DNA of 55,536 nt, filler included, from Bipalium vagum (GCA_037834085.1; 3 parts of 3 records of this genome joined end to end with filler, not necessarily neighbours in it); one strand, 5' to 3'. Shown: positions 1 through 12,173, numbered from the whole stretch's first letter. Numbers and translations: made by a program. The notes: generated by a model from the letters alone, not told the origin.

Positions 1-1130
1 TTATCAATCGATGTTGGTTGATCCGCCTGGTTTTGGGTTGATATTGGCTAATCCTGTTGAAGTTGATTTTGCTGTAAAATTTGGGCGTAGTCTCCACAAT
101 AATATTAATACTTTAAATATCAATAGATGTTTCACTAATATTTCAATAATTCCAGCCAAAACGGCGTTAGCTATTATAATAAACTCAAATACTTCAGTAG
201 ATATTAAAATTATCGTGAGTGCTGATAAATTTTCTATTCTATCATCAGACGTATATCCTGAGTTGCAAGTATTTATTTTAAAAGATCTAAACAAATCCCT
301 AAAAAATATAGTGACCATTACCATCTACGAATGCAATACTTTTCATCAGTGCAAAATACAAAAGAAGATTCAGATTAAAAGAATTACGATCCCTATGAGA
401 ATATCTCATGGTGAACGATCCTGGTTCTATCAGACGAATCAATCAGAAAGAATCATTTGTATACTCTACTGTCCTAATAAGTATAGAGGAATTTTTTGTG
501 GCATTTTAGATAAAAAAAAAGAGTATTATTCTTACAGACTTTGTATCAGGTAATTATACCGTAGAGTGGAGAAAACAAATTCTGGTGAAAAACCAGTGGG
601 AGTTAATCGATTCGGTATCAACATCCTTTATTATTTATAAAAACGAATCAACCCGAAAAATGTCAATTGACCGATTAAATAAAATTTTGGATACTCATAA
701 AGATCCACCTGTAAAACGATTCAAAAATCTTATCTTTGTTGAACAAATAAATAGAAAATTTCAAAATAACAATGAAATTATGAAAAATCTGATCCTTGAT
801 TTGATTCCCCGGTCAAATCGCTCCTTCCTTGCTCTTATTATCATTAAAACCTTTATGTCTTTTACTGTTATTACATTTTTTCCTTTTATTTAATAAAATA
901 TATTATTAAAAGAAAATGTAAAAACCCTTGTAGAGGAAGTGAAATATCCTCAATGGTTGCATCAGTTGTATACGAATCAACTGATTTATAGCAATTACAG
1001 TATGAAACAGGTATCTTATTAAAGTTACCATGTTTCTATATTATATATTTTAAAATAATTGCTAACACACAGCTATACGATTTCGAATATAGACTGGTGT
1101 TACGACAAAATATTTTTATTTTTTTATAGA

Positions 1131-2651
1131 AATGAACCAAGTTCCTGACCCAAAAAATTCAGTACAGAGACGAGGACAGGCTACAAAATCATCCAAAATA
1201 CTGTCACAACCAAATGCAACAATGCCAATCAACCAAGTGTCTCAGCACCAACCCGACAAGTTACACAAGACCATATTACCAAGAATTTAAAAATAAATTT
1301 AAGCCACTACCTACCCAATAGTGATGAAAAAACCATATTACACATCTTTAAGTACCAAAAACCCCCTTATCAAGAATGCATCAAACTAATCAACAACTAC
1401 GATGATCTATTTTTTCCAAACAACATAAGATTAGAAGTAGCATCTATGCAAAATCAATGTAAATTCCTCAGTATATCAAAACCCGTCATGTGCATCTATA
1501 ACATTAGAAATCCAGGCATTAAATATCTTAAGGATATCATTCCCCATATCAAAGAAACAACATACAAACACTAAAATTTTCACATTCATGTATGTAATCA
1601 GACAATCACCCTTAGAGTAGGCGGTAAACCTTACCAAACTTTAGTAGAAAAATACCACTCTATCCAAGCGATTGGTCTATCCGGCAGGGCCAGATCATTA
1701 TGCTTTGAGACCACCAAGTGCGAAACCGTAATTGTAGTGGAAGATTTATATGGCCTAGAGTTTTCAACCAACACCATTTTAAATTACAATGAAACTGATA
1801 TGGTATACCAAGCTATATTGACAAAAACGCATATTATCTACCCAGAGCGGAATTTGAGTACATACAAAATAATGCTGTATGAGTAGAGGTGACTACTTTC
1901 AGAGCGAGTTCCGATATCGAAACGCACGCTCTATTAGCAGTTCACATTATGGATCATCGGTAGTACGATACTTATTGAGATAGTCGCACCCAGGAGGTTT
2001 GTTAAACTAAATGTAGCCATGACAGGCATCGAAGACCACTCGTTTCAAAAAGGCCGCGATGAACCAAAAACATGGAAGGCAATACAAGAAGTGGTAAAAA
2101 ACAAAATCGTCATATGCCAGCAAATTGAATATCTATTTACCATTTGCGGCATTCATACAGGATCTGTGGCCTTTATTGATATATATATATATTGATATAT
2201 TGATATATATATATATATTGATATACCTCAGCTACAGCATCTTAAACAGTTATTGAATATAATTCCGCAAGACACTGTGCGTTTGCAACAGGCAGCCAAG
2301 AAATTAGATATTCCAGATATCGCCATGAACACTCGACAAGCGCAAGAATGGACTAAAGTGCAGTGTGTAAAAGTTACACATATGCTAAGGGAATTATGGT
2401 TCAAAGTGGAACTGCGAATATTAAATGAATTAAAAGCAGTAACAACAAGTATCAAATATAAAAAAGCCAACGAGGAAATATTGAATCCAACACCAGCCAT
2501 TCCTTTTAAAATATCCACACCAGAACCCAAGATTCGTGGACATAAAATACTTAAGTCCATATTCGAAAGAGAAAAAGCAGTTTCATATTTAAACCAAGTG
2601 AAGAAGCTAAAAAATATAATTGAGAAAACACTAATTTTCCCTTTTGTGTAA
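1131..2651 (+). pseudogene. Decayed ~500-codon ORF with a C-terminal DEDD (REX4/ISG20-like) exonuclease-fold region (copy 1)
   Basis: Long frames broken by few lesions: TAA at 1572, a shift near 1810, TGA at 1880, a +1 shift near 1958 and an in-frame 42-nt TTGAT(AT)n expansion at 2178-2219. Reconstructed: YIDKNAYYLP...NNAV*VEVTTF...ALLAVHIMDH/GSTILIEIVAPRRFVKLNVAMTGIEDHSFQKGRDEPKTWKAIQEVVKNKIVICQQIEYLFTICGIHTGSVAFIDIPQLQHLKQLL...VRLQQAAKKLDI. Confidence 0.6.
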
Positions 2652-3126
2652 AACTAATTTGGTTTGTTTTTTATATCCATCTGCATCATAAAATCCTAGG
2701 GAAAACCAATATCTTATATTAAAAGAATTATATTATATTAAAAAATATAATCATGTATAAATCTATTTATTTTATCTGTTGTGTAAAAATGAGTTGAAAA
2801 ATATTCTGCAACATTTTAGGATTTTTAATAATTATATAACTTATTTCCTTCTTATTAGTTAATATTTGTGTATAAAATTTATATGATAATTTTCCTTCTT
2901 TTTTTATTATAAAAGAATTAATATACTTACATTGTATTAATATTTTTATTTAAATTTATCTTTAGTATAATTAAGATATTTACTTATTATTCATGTTAAT
3001 TCGTCTTTTTAGGTCATTTTGAATACAAGACTAAAACGTCAATAAAATATCTTTTATTTACATTTCAAATGATCAAACACATAATAATAAAATGTCAACC
3101 TTATGAACAATCGCGATACTCGAATT

Positions 3127-3904
3127 CAGTATCTTGTACTCATGCCTTTTTTTAATGACCTCTTGCATCATTCTTGGAATGCATTCAAATAGAATTTTAA
3201 ATTCAGATGTTGGAATCCTCCCAATTCCTTTACAGTACCTCAATATTTGTCGGCCTACAGCTATGAACTCTGGCTTTTAGGTCAGCCCAAAACGGCTCAA
3301 TTATATTCAAATCTGGTGATTGAGTCGGCCAAACACTGAGTACGCAGATTTTTTTCATGTCCAAAAAAGAAGACACCAATTTTGATTTGTGGCATTGAGC
3401 TCCGTCTTGTTGAAATATATTCTCTGCATGATATATTTGGAGCAATCCTCTCTTCAATACATCCTTGTAGGCATCAGAATTCATCCGATCCGGACACCCT
3501 ACTAGAGTTCATTTGAAATTTTCCTATGGGACAAACCTTTCAATTTCCTAATCACCAGTTTCCGAATATCTATGGATATCTTAGCCATATTTAAAAAAAG
3601 AATTTCTAAAATTAAAAAAATATATTACTTAAGCATTAGCAAAATGTTGTACACATATAGATTTTACTTAAAAATTTAATTTATCCTTAAAATAGTTTAT
3701 ATATTTAAATGACATCAAAATTTTAAAAACGCCTTAACATAACAAATATATTTTAATAATTATACAATAATTTTTTAAAATAACTTTTTAGTTAGTTTTA
3801 AAGTTAACATTAACATAGTTCAAATCATAAAACTTTTAATATAATTCGTAATCTACTATTATTTCGATATTTACGAAGTGGTCGAAAACATATGGACGGC
3901 ATTG
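3127..3904 (-). mobile_element. Tc1-family (DD34E) transposon remnant
   Basis: FQQDGAQCH...WPTQSPDLNIIEPFWADLK (ORF 3230..3484), C-terminal IPRMMQEVIK, and a probable TIR end GGACGGCATTG followed by TA at 3905. Confidence 0.88.
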
Positions 3905-5231
3905 TATTTATTTTTTAGAGTAGTAGTAGGGAAATTACTAAAATAAATAGAGATCCAAGCTTTAAAATATAAAAAACATTATTTTTGTCCCAATATATGA
4001 GGATGAGAATATGTATTTTTACTTGTTTTTTAAAACTTCGGTGTTGGTTTATTTTAATAATTTCCATACTACTGATCGCGATTCTTTTTATAATTTTCCA
4101 ACATACTTTTCTTCGTTATGTAAATAAACTTTTGTGTAAAAAAACCCTTGACTTTCTTTGAAATCAGACTCCTGACTCTATCGAATACTAAGAAAGTTGT
4201 AGTCTATGGTGTTAATACAGTTGGAATACGACTATATTCAAGTTCTGAATCAATCCAAAATATATAATACATAGGATAAATGTAAATCATTTACAAACTT
4301 GGTTGATTCAGTCACATTAAAGATGACAGCCAGTGAAAGAAGGTGCACAAATGCCTCTTATTCTGAATCTAGACATTTTTCTAATGATAACAGAAATTTT
4401 TGACAAACAGTGTCAACAGTATCTTTGTCATCTTTCTTACTGTTTCATCCACATTATACATCATATTATGTTTTGAAATTGAATTCCATGGTCACTAATT
4501 ATATTTTTATTCTTAATGTAATTAAGAATTACGTGATAAGGCTAAACAGTACTTAGACGCTACCAGAAATAAGGAAGATAACTGAAGAAAATTTTTATCA
4601 ACAACACGGTTAAATATTTAGTACATCAAATGTAAACTTAATTCTAACTCTTAGGTGGTACCAAATAACAACAATTTTTTTAAAATAAATCATATATTAA
4701 AGTTTAAAAGCAACAATGAGAATATAAAAAATCGCAAACATCCAATTTTTCACCAACATTTTAGTGAGAAAACCATTATGAGTTCATTTTACATATCGAA
4801 AAAGAATTTCCTTGTCTATTGATAGTATTGATTTGTTTTATTAACCTTCTTTCTGATGGGATCCACAAATAATTCTTGCTCCACAGCCCAAGCTATTTAG
4901 ACTAACATTTTACTGATCCTTTAAAAACATTGAACATTTAATTGATCTTATCTTTTTGTTTGTTATTTTTATTGATCTTACTCTTTAGATTTTCATTATC
5001 CTGTAGTCTCAAATTGATTCAGAAATTATGTATAATTAAAAATATTATGAATAATAAATGTTAATATATAATGTATAAATCAATGTCACACTATTTACTC
5101 TTCTTTTTAAATTAAAATAATATACGGTCCGCAAACTAGCAAGAACATATTTAGTTTTAAAATTAGTTTGTCCGTGAAAGAATTTTCAATTTAAAATAAA
5201 TAAATATTAAAAATATTAAATATGATTAATA

Positions 5232-6360
5232 TGTGGAGACTCCAGGCAAACCAAACAAATCAAAGAAGTCAAAGTCAACCAATTCCGTTCCCAATAATTC
5301 AAGACGACCAAGTCAAAGCCAATCCAAGCCAAAAAACTAGTTAACATTATTAATCCTGTGTATATAATCTTTACCCTGTGTGATTATTACTTTAAAAAAA
5401 ATTTAATTTTGATGTGATTAATCTTTATCATGTGACCATTACTTCAAACAAAATTGTATATTTGATTATTTTTTTTATTTTTGATCTGATTCATCTTTAT
5501 CTTGTGTGATCATTTTTTCAAACAAAACTTTAATTGTGTATTTGATATCCTCCTTATTATAAAAAAATTATAATATTATATATATTAAATATTAATTATT
5601 AAGTTATAAGTGTTTATAATAAGAGTTATAATAAGTTATAAATTATTATAGTTATATTATTATCAACAGTTGTATTATTTATTATTTATTTATAAAATAA
5701 AGAAAATGTATAATAAAGTTAGATAAAGTTACTAATAATAAAAAATAGGTGAAAAATTTATAGTAAAAAATTAAATGGGTAATAAAAATAGAAATAAGGT
5801 TAAACAGTAGAGTAAAAATTAAAAAAGAAAGGTACTATTTATAAAAAAGAGAATAAAAGGAATAGTATAAAAAGGAATGAAAAAGCATAAAGACGGACAA
5901 AAAAGCAAAAAATAAAAAGGAAAAGAAAGCAAAATACGACTACAAACGAGAATAAGACTACGTCAAACAGAAATTAAACAGACAAGTGCCTACAACCAAA
6001 AAGCCGATTGAATAATTGTACCACAAGTCAGAACACGAAGTTCATACCGCGTTCTATTCTAAATAAACCAAACAAGTTTATACTATAACCAACTACGACA
6101 AACAGAATATCAGGCCTACTGAAATAGATAATTCATACGGTACTCAAGCCTAAGACATTGTACTACAACCAACGCTTATAGCCCGAACAGTTCACGAACC
6201 AAACCAATTCGTCTACAAGAAGACAACTATATAGAGATCATCAAACTAGAGCGAGGAAGCAAATAAAAGAAATATAAAAATAAAGATATTCAATCTATGC
6301 TCTTTTGATTTGTTTTTAAAAGTAATTTTTATTTTTAGTCTATATTATCTACTTGTTACA
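5232..6360. repeat. LTR-like or other interspersed repeat with TG...CA ends and three internal imperfect tandem units
   Basis: Starts TGTGGAGAC and ends TGTTACA. Units TCTTTA(C/T)..TGTG...TT(C/T)AAA(C/A)AAAA near 5368, 5422 and 5494. CTATATAGAG and AATAAA near 6230-6285. No TSD found. Confidence 0.35.
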
Positions 6361-8099
6361 TTCGTGTAACAAAGTTCTTTTGTGTATCCAATACTAAAAA
6401 TTAAAATAATAATAACGATACTATTTATTCATATATTCAATTTCGTCATTTGATAAAATATTATTTAATCCTCTTTATTTGCAACTTGTTACTTCCAAGT
6501 AATAAAGTCTATTATAAAAAAAATTAATAAAATATTATAAAAAATATAATAAATACTAGCTTGGAACTAAGGTTCGCAAGACTAGCATCGACTGTCAATA
6601 ATAAAGTAAAATCTCTAATTGATATTTTATTTTTATTTAATTAAGCAGGCGTGTCTTGTCAGACAAGGCACAGTTTGTCTATAATTAGTAAATAAATACT
6701 CAGGCCAGGACTGAGAATTATAACTTTTTTAATTCCCAATACTATAACATTTTTTTTATTGTTTATATTTCACACGCTAAGTAGGGCAGTGAGATATATT
6801 TTTCTGAGCCTAAGTGCGAGAGGATTTTTCTTAAATAATAAATATAATTAATAAAATCTATTCAAGTCAATCAAGGTCGATATCCCATATTTGTAAACTT
6901 AACCTTTATTTGAATCAAAATAAAAGTATTAAAGTTAATTCGTTCTCTCAGTTATTTTAAACGATTATAACCGAACACCAGAGTAAAAAACCATCACTCG
7001 TTAAGAACTAAATATATTAAGCTCCACCTTTACCATCTACCCATCTTTTAGGATCTTAACAAATATATAAATATGATTAAATGTTGTTAAATTTAATTTT
7101 AAAAGAAATAAGCCAAATACTTTAATAATAATACTTACTGAAAATAAATAATTATTACTTAGAATAAATGAAAAGTATTTAAAATAAATTTAAATTACTA
7201 AAATTACTAAATTATATAGTCGTATATATAACGATTAATAATTCTACATTTTCAAAATCAGATCATGAAGTATTGCCCATCGGGCAAGAAACCAGTAATA
7301 ATTTCTATTTCCTCATTCGTGATTCAAGAAAAACAGAAGATTAACTATTTACTAAGGAAAATAGACCTGAATAAGCCAATAATCCTTGGGAAGAAAACAC
7401 CAGGGATCTTTTCAGGAAAGAAATTGTAAAAAAAATTATAAAAGAAATCTAAAATTTTATTAAAAATAATTATTTAAATAGTTTAAAAATATTTGTTTAA
7501 ATAATCAATTTTGTTCCATGGATTATAATAATCTAGATAATTTATTTGAAAACTTTTTTGGCCCAGGTATTTTAAATCAAATTGCCACAATATTGTCAGA
7601 TTTTAATTAAGTCCAAGTGAAATTAAACGAAATTTTATTTATATAAATTTATATTTATAATTTAGTGATAGATCAAAAAAATTTCTGATCGAGAACAAAT
7701 ATATAATCAAACTAATCTTCAAAATTGTTAAATAACAACGAATGAGTATATATTTTTATCTATATAAATTTAATCATATCATTTTTATTATATATTTTTA
7801 ATATATAGAGCAATAATTAAATTCCGTACCCTTCTTTCATTTCCAGGGAAGAAAAGAAAATCAGTTATTAAAGAACAATAGGAATATGAATAAACCCTTG
7901 ACCTTACCTAAGAAAAGTTGTTTAGCAAAACTAAGAGATTATCAAGATATGATTCAGGCAGAATAAGGGAACTTTTAAGTCTCTTAAAAAGTGGAGCGAG
8001 CTAAGAGCCTAACGGTTAGGTGTTTAGAAGCGTGTTTTACCTATGGTTTTTAATCGACTAAAATAGCAAATTGTTTTTATAAATTTTATTAATACTAAA

Positions 8100-8292
8100 T
8101 AACAAAGAATGGGGACCAGCTAGGAAAAAACAGGCAGAATGTGATCCTATTCCAGAGGAAGATTGGCTAGCAAGAAGACCTTATGTCGACAGAACCTGGT
8201 TGAAACATCCAGATACTCAACAGATTGTCAGGTTGGACGTCAAGTATGGCATGCCAATGTTAATGACAATTAAACTTTTATTAGATTCATAA
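8100..8292 (+). pseudogene. DEDD exonuclease-like family, N-terminal fragment (copy 3), truncated next to a Merlin insertion
   Basis: KEWGPARKKQAECDPIPEEDWLARRPYVDRTWLKHPDTQQIVRLDVKYGMPMLMT aligns without gaps over its core with copy 2 (DWIKKYPCADSNWLSKPDINQIVILDVKVDFPMFMS). Confidence 0.6.
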
Positions 8293-8745
8293 GATTGTTC
8301 CAATCATCATTGAAAACATTATCCTTCCGAATAAATTCTTTCAAATAGAAACCGATTTTATCACCTGCAATTCCAAGTACCCAGATTTTGCACGGCCTCG
8401 ATGATATTTAGGTTTATGTCTAAATAACCTTTAATCAACCTGGTATATAATTCCTTGATCACCTAATTTACAAGGATTTACTGTGTAATAATTATCACAT
8501 TTTCTTAAGTCATCATAGAAGTCAATCAAAGCTTTTTTATCAACATCGATTCTTTCTTTATGCCAGTTTTTTTTCATATATTGTCCATTTTCATAGCAAC
8601 TTCAAAAATCAGCACATATATGAAATCGATATCTCTCGAAAATAGAACCTGTCCATATACTAATATATTTCTTATCATATTTCTTGTATATGGCTTGCGT
8701 TGCATTGGTTTGGCACCATTTTATCCTCCCAATAAAAATATCTTC
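8293..8745 (-). mobile_element. Merlin (IS1595/ISXO2-like) DNA transposon remnant
   Basis: Minus strand NPCKLGDQGIIYQVD*RLFRHKPKYHRGRA..IWVLGIA and ISIWTGSIFE match the Merlin pattern KLGGxGxxxQIDESxFxxKxKYHRGR...WVFG. Confidence 0.8.
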
Positions 8746-8749
8746 CTTC

Positions 8750-9335
8750 CTCGTGGGGAAAAACAGGTGAAAGATCCGATTTATTTAATCCCAAGCCGGC
8801 CTACCACTACTGAAATAACCAGCTTCAAGAAGAAAGAATGAAGCCCAACAAGAAAGGAGACTTTAGTCCACCAAAGGATTGGATAAAGAAGTATCCATGT
8901 GCAGATAGCAATTGGTTATCAAAGCCAGATATAAACCAAATAGTGATATTGGACGTCAAAGTAGACTTTCCAATGTTTATGAGCAGAATGATTCCATTAG
9001 GTGCATTATCAGATAGTCGAGGAAATTTTTACTATCCCTCTATATAAACTCCTCGCGCATATGTAGCAGTTTACAGAGCAATCAACAATGGAATAACCCA
9101 GGAAATAGCAGAAGGACAAATGGACGAATTGACTGTTAAGTTAGACTTAAGTAAGCTACTAGAGGGGAAGATAGTAATAGGATATGAAGTCAAGAAGACT
9201 CTAGAAGAAAATAGAATTGATAGGAGATGGATCATAGGATATTGGGATCCAGCAACCTTACCTATATTAAAGAAGGATAGTTTGATAGCTCTAAGGCATA
9301 CAATAATACGGGAACAACAGGAACGCACGCAAGAG
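8750..9335 (+). pseudogene. DEDD exonuclease-like family (copy 2)
   Basis: ORFs 8838..9047 and 9120..9434 are one frame separated by a single TAA (9045-9047): QIVILDVKVDFPMFMSRMIPLGALSDSRGNFYYPSI*TPRAYVAVYRAINNGITQEIAEGQMDELTVKLDLSKLLEGKIVIGYEVKKTLEENRIDRRWIIGYWDPATLPILKK. The upstream KE*SPTRK matches KEWGPARK of copy 3. Confidence 0.65.
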
Positions 9336-9339
9336 AAAT

Positions 9340-9740
9340 TAGATTCGATGCGCAGTGTTCATTACTACACAAAATCCATTTTCATTGTCATATTTATTTC
9401 CTTTTCTTTCTTTTCAGTCAAAACTATGACCTAACACTTTACTTGTTCTACTTTTTTGGGAATGCTCACTAATTCGCGTTTTGAGGTGCGTCTATGTCTT
9501 CCCTATGTATAAATAACCACATCCATGACATTGAAATATATACAAAATATTAGCTTGCATTGGTTTTGGAGTTACTGTTTTGATTTTTAAAAATTCTGTC
9601 TTTGAAGTTACAGATATTACCCTTAATCCGTCTTCATTTATGATCTGCGATATTTTACTTTCAAAATTTTTTAATCCATATGAATAGGGAATTTTAATAA
9701 TTTTCTTATATTCACTTTTCTCTATTTTTTTATTTCTTGA
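9340..9740 (-). mobile_element. Penelope-like retroelement fragment (GIY-YIG endonuclease region)
   Basis: Minus strand IPYSYGLKNFESKISQII...TPKPMQANILYIFQCHGCGYLYIGKT*THLKTRISEHSQKSRTS, i.e. the Penelope GIY-YIG signature YxFxCxxCxxxYIGKTxRHLxTRIxEH. Confidence 0.85.
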
Positions 9741-9991
9741 TTATTATTATGAGATAATAAATAATAAATTAAGACAATAAATCGAAGTAAACAAGATAAC
9801 ATGATTTTCAAGATTTTTTTAAATAAAGTTAGTTATTATTAAATATCCACAATTTTGATTAGTGTTTTACGAGACAGTACTCGGAGCATGTGTAAAGAAG
9901 ATGATAGAACATCCTTCGGTATCTACTCTCAAGGGTTCCAGTTAAAAATTTGATTCTCCATCATACTTGATGTGCAGAACACAAAAAGATA

Positions 9992-10502
9992 CCGTAGATA
10001 CTCGAATATAAGTCGAGGTTTTTTTCTATAAAATTTGATGAAAAAATGGGGTCTACTTATATAAGAGTCATAACAGTTTTAACCAATGGTGGACTAAAAC
10101 TGCCTGGGAGAAGATAGACTCATCTCATACAGCTTCAAGAAGACCGGGGTATCAAACAAGATGGACGGAGCTGAAGCCGACATACTCTGGGATAGATGAC
10201 ACCACAGCTACCGAAGATTATGACGAATCGGATGATGACGACTTCTATTCAGACCATATGACTAATGAGCAGGCATTACAACTTCTTCAATCGGACTCGG
10301 ATTCCAAATTTTGTGGTTTTGAATAAATAAAGTATCAAAAGATTGAAATTTTTTCCTTGTTATTTTGTTATTTTCCAAATGTACGAAAGAGGAAACTACC
10401 CAGACATATATTTTTACTTCGACTTATATAAGAGTCATACGGTTTTTCACAGAATTTCTTATGACTTATACACGAGGTCGACTTATATTGGAGTATCTAC
10501 GG
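9992..10502 (+). mobile_element. Internally deleted pogo/Tc2-type DNA transposon, both ends intact
   Basis: TIRs CCGTAGATACTCGAATATAAGTCGA / TCGACTTATATTGGAGTATCTACGG with TA on both sides. Retains the transposase C-terminus KTAWEKID..SFKKTGVSNKMDGAEADILWD...SDSDSKFCGFE*. Confidence 0.9.
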
Positions 10503-10855
10503 TACCAAGAAAACAAATAAAAAAGTTCATTTCATTCATTGAAGACATTTTGGATTCTGATTCAACCTTAAATAATTATTTTTATTAATTACTGATTAAG
10601 AACTTATAATCCGCAACTTGATTTTACTATTTTTAATATATTTTTAGATTTCACATAATTTTTTAATCTTATTATATTTTTAGAAACTTAATTTTTAAAT
10701 AATAACTATAAAGTAACTTTATGTTACTAATTTATTTTTACAGTATTTTTATACATAAATTAATTTTTGAAATACATAATTTTAAATTAATTAATAATTA
10801 TATTTTTATTTAAGAAATCAAGTTCTGTCCTTGAAAATACAATTTTAAAATGTTT

Positions 10856-11834
10856 TGTTTGGTTTGCCAAAGGCACAAAACCCGAAGGTGTTGAGTGAAA
10901 AAAATAATAGTAATAACGTTAATAATTAAAAACTTTTCTAATATTAAAAAAATATTACCAAAAAGTATTATATTAAAATCTCCCCATCGAGATTGTGATA
11001 TACATGTATGATGGTAATACGGGTTTAACTTAGGAATTATGTCTCGTTGTGAGGACAATACATCTTTTTTAATTAATCTCTCTGCGTGTAGATTAAGGTA
11101 GAATTAATGAGCTATTGAAGGAAATAATCGTCTCAAAGCGTAGAGATTGTTGATCGCTGACCAAACTCTAAGACTACATAAAGAGACGGCTATTCCCAGA
11201 AAACTGCCCAGAAAGCACAAGATTATTTTGAAGACAATTTCGTTTGAAAGAGCAGATTATTTCGTCATTCTTTCAATTCCAAAAGAAGATTTTAATTGAT
11301 TCAGTAAATTTTCAAATATTTTCAGTTATGATGACGATGCAAGATTTATCAAGGGGACCCTTTGAGAATCCTTAGGTGACCTGAAGAGGACCTAGAGGAC
11401 GACCCGGTGCCCACTTATCGCTCCTGGTTTGATTGTTATTGATTAACTTTTATTTTTTTTGTGATTTGTGATTATTTGTTTTTAAATTCTCATAAATCGT
11501 TTCATTATTATGTTATATTTTTTGTGATCATTTGATATTAAGGAAGTTGACTTATTGTTATATTTTTATTGACATTGGATCAGTGGGTTATGTGATTTAT
11601 AGAACCTTGATTATTTGACAGTTTTGGATTTTTATGTGCTTTGTTTTGTGCGTGTCAATAAATTTTACTGTGATTGTGTTGATTCAATTTAGGTACGGAT
11701 AAGGTTTTACTGTTGGGTTTTGATTCAATTGTGTTTAAATTTCCGTAGCTACAATAGTAAGACTAGCACAAGATTATAAAGTGAGGAGTTATCGATTTTC
11801 GAGCGAAAGTTACTTTTAAGATATAATAGTAACA
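10856..11834 (+). mobile_element. Solo LTR, family A (copy A, 979 bp), probably Gypsy-type
   Basis: Termini TGTTTGG...AATAGTAACA with an exact 4-bp TSD GTTT (10852-10855 and 11835-11838). TATA-like CTACATAAAG at ~11174. Homologous to the copies at 40.4-43.3 kb. Confidence 0.85.
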
Positions 11835-12173
11835 GTTTTCATTAAAATAAATTTTTATAATACATACACAATAAGTGAAAATAGATGTTCAAGGATAATA
11901 ATGGTTTTGCCAAATTTTATTTTTAATTGTCATCTTATGACTCTCGATCTTGGTAGTTAAATCATAATCGTAGTATTTAAAAATCATAATTACCTAAACA
12001 ACAACCAGTTAATCTGAAAAAGTGAATTATTTTTTTCGTGATCCATTCAATTATTCACGTTTATAATTTCTATTGATTTCAAGGTACTTTAAGATATTAT
12101 GTTTATTATATCTGATTATTTATATTCAATGGATGTCTACCTACATGTATATAAAAAACATTTGAAAAAAATT

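Noticed and set aside
300-560. Minus strand reads like a membrane protein if TGA=Trp (numt or alternative genetic code)
   Set aside because: In-frame TAG stops remain and no mitochondrial gene is recognisable. HDHD5 and the 235-aa gene read normally in the standard code.
4230-5000. Possible reverse-transcriptase remnant on the minus strand (TFDVLNI*P)
   Set aside because: A single weak motif with no supporting motifs in order; too degraded to call.
9330-9345. Exonuclease-like copy 2 abutting a Penelope GIY-YIG fragment as one composite element
   Set aside because: Opposite orientations, and the second Penelope copy at 49.0 kb has a different flank, so secondary insertion or deletion is the simpler explanation.
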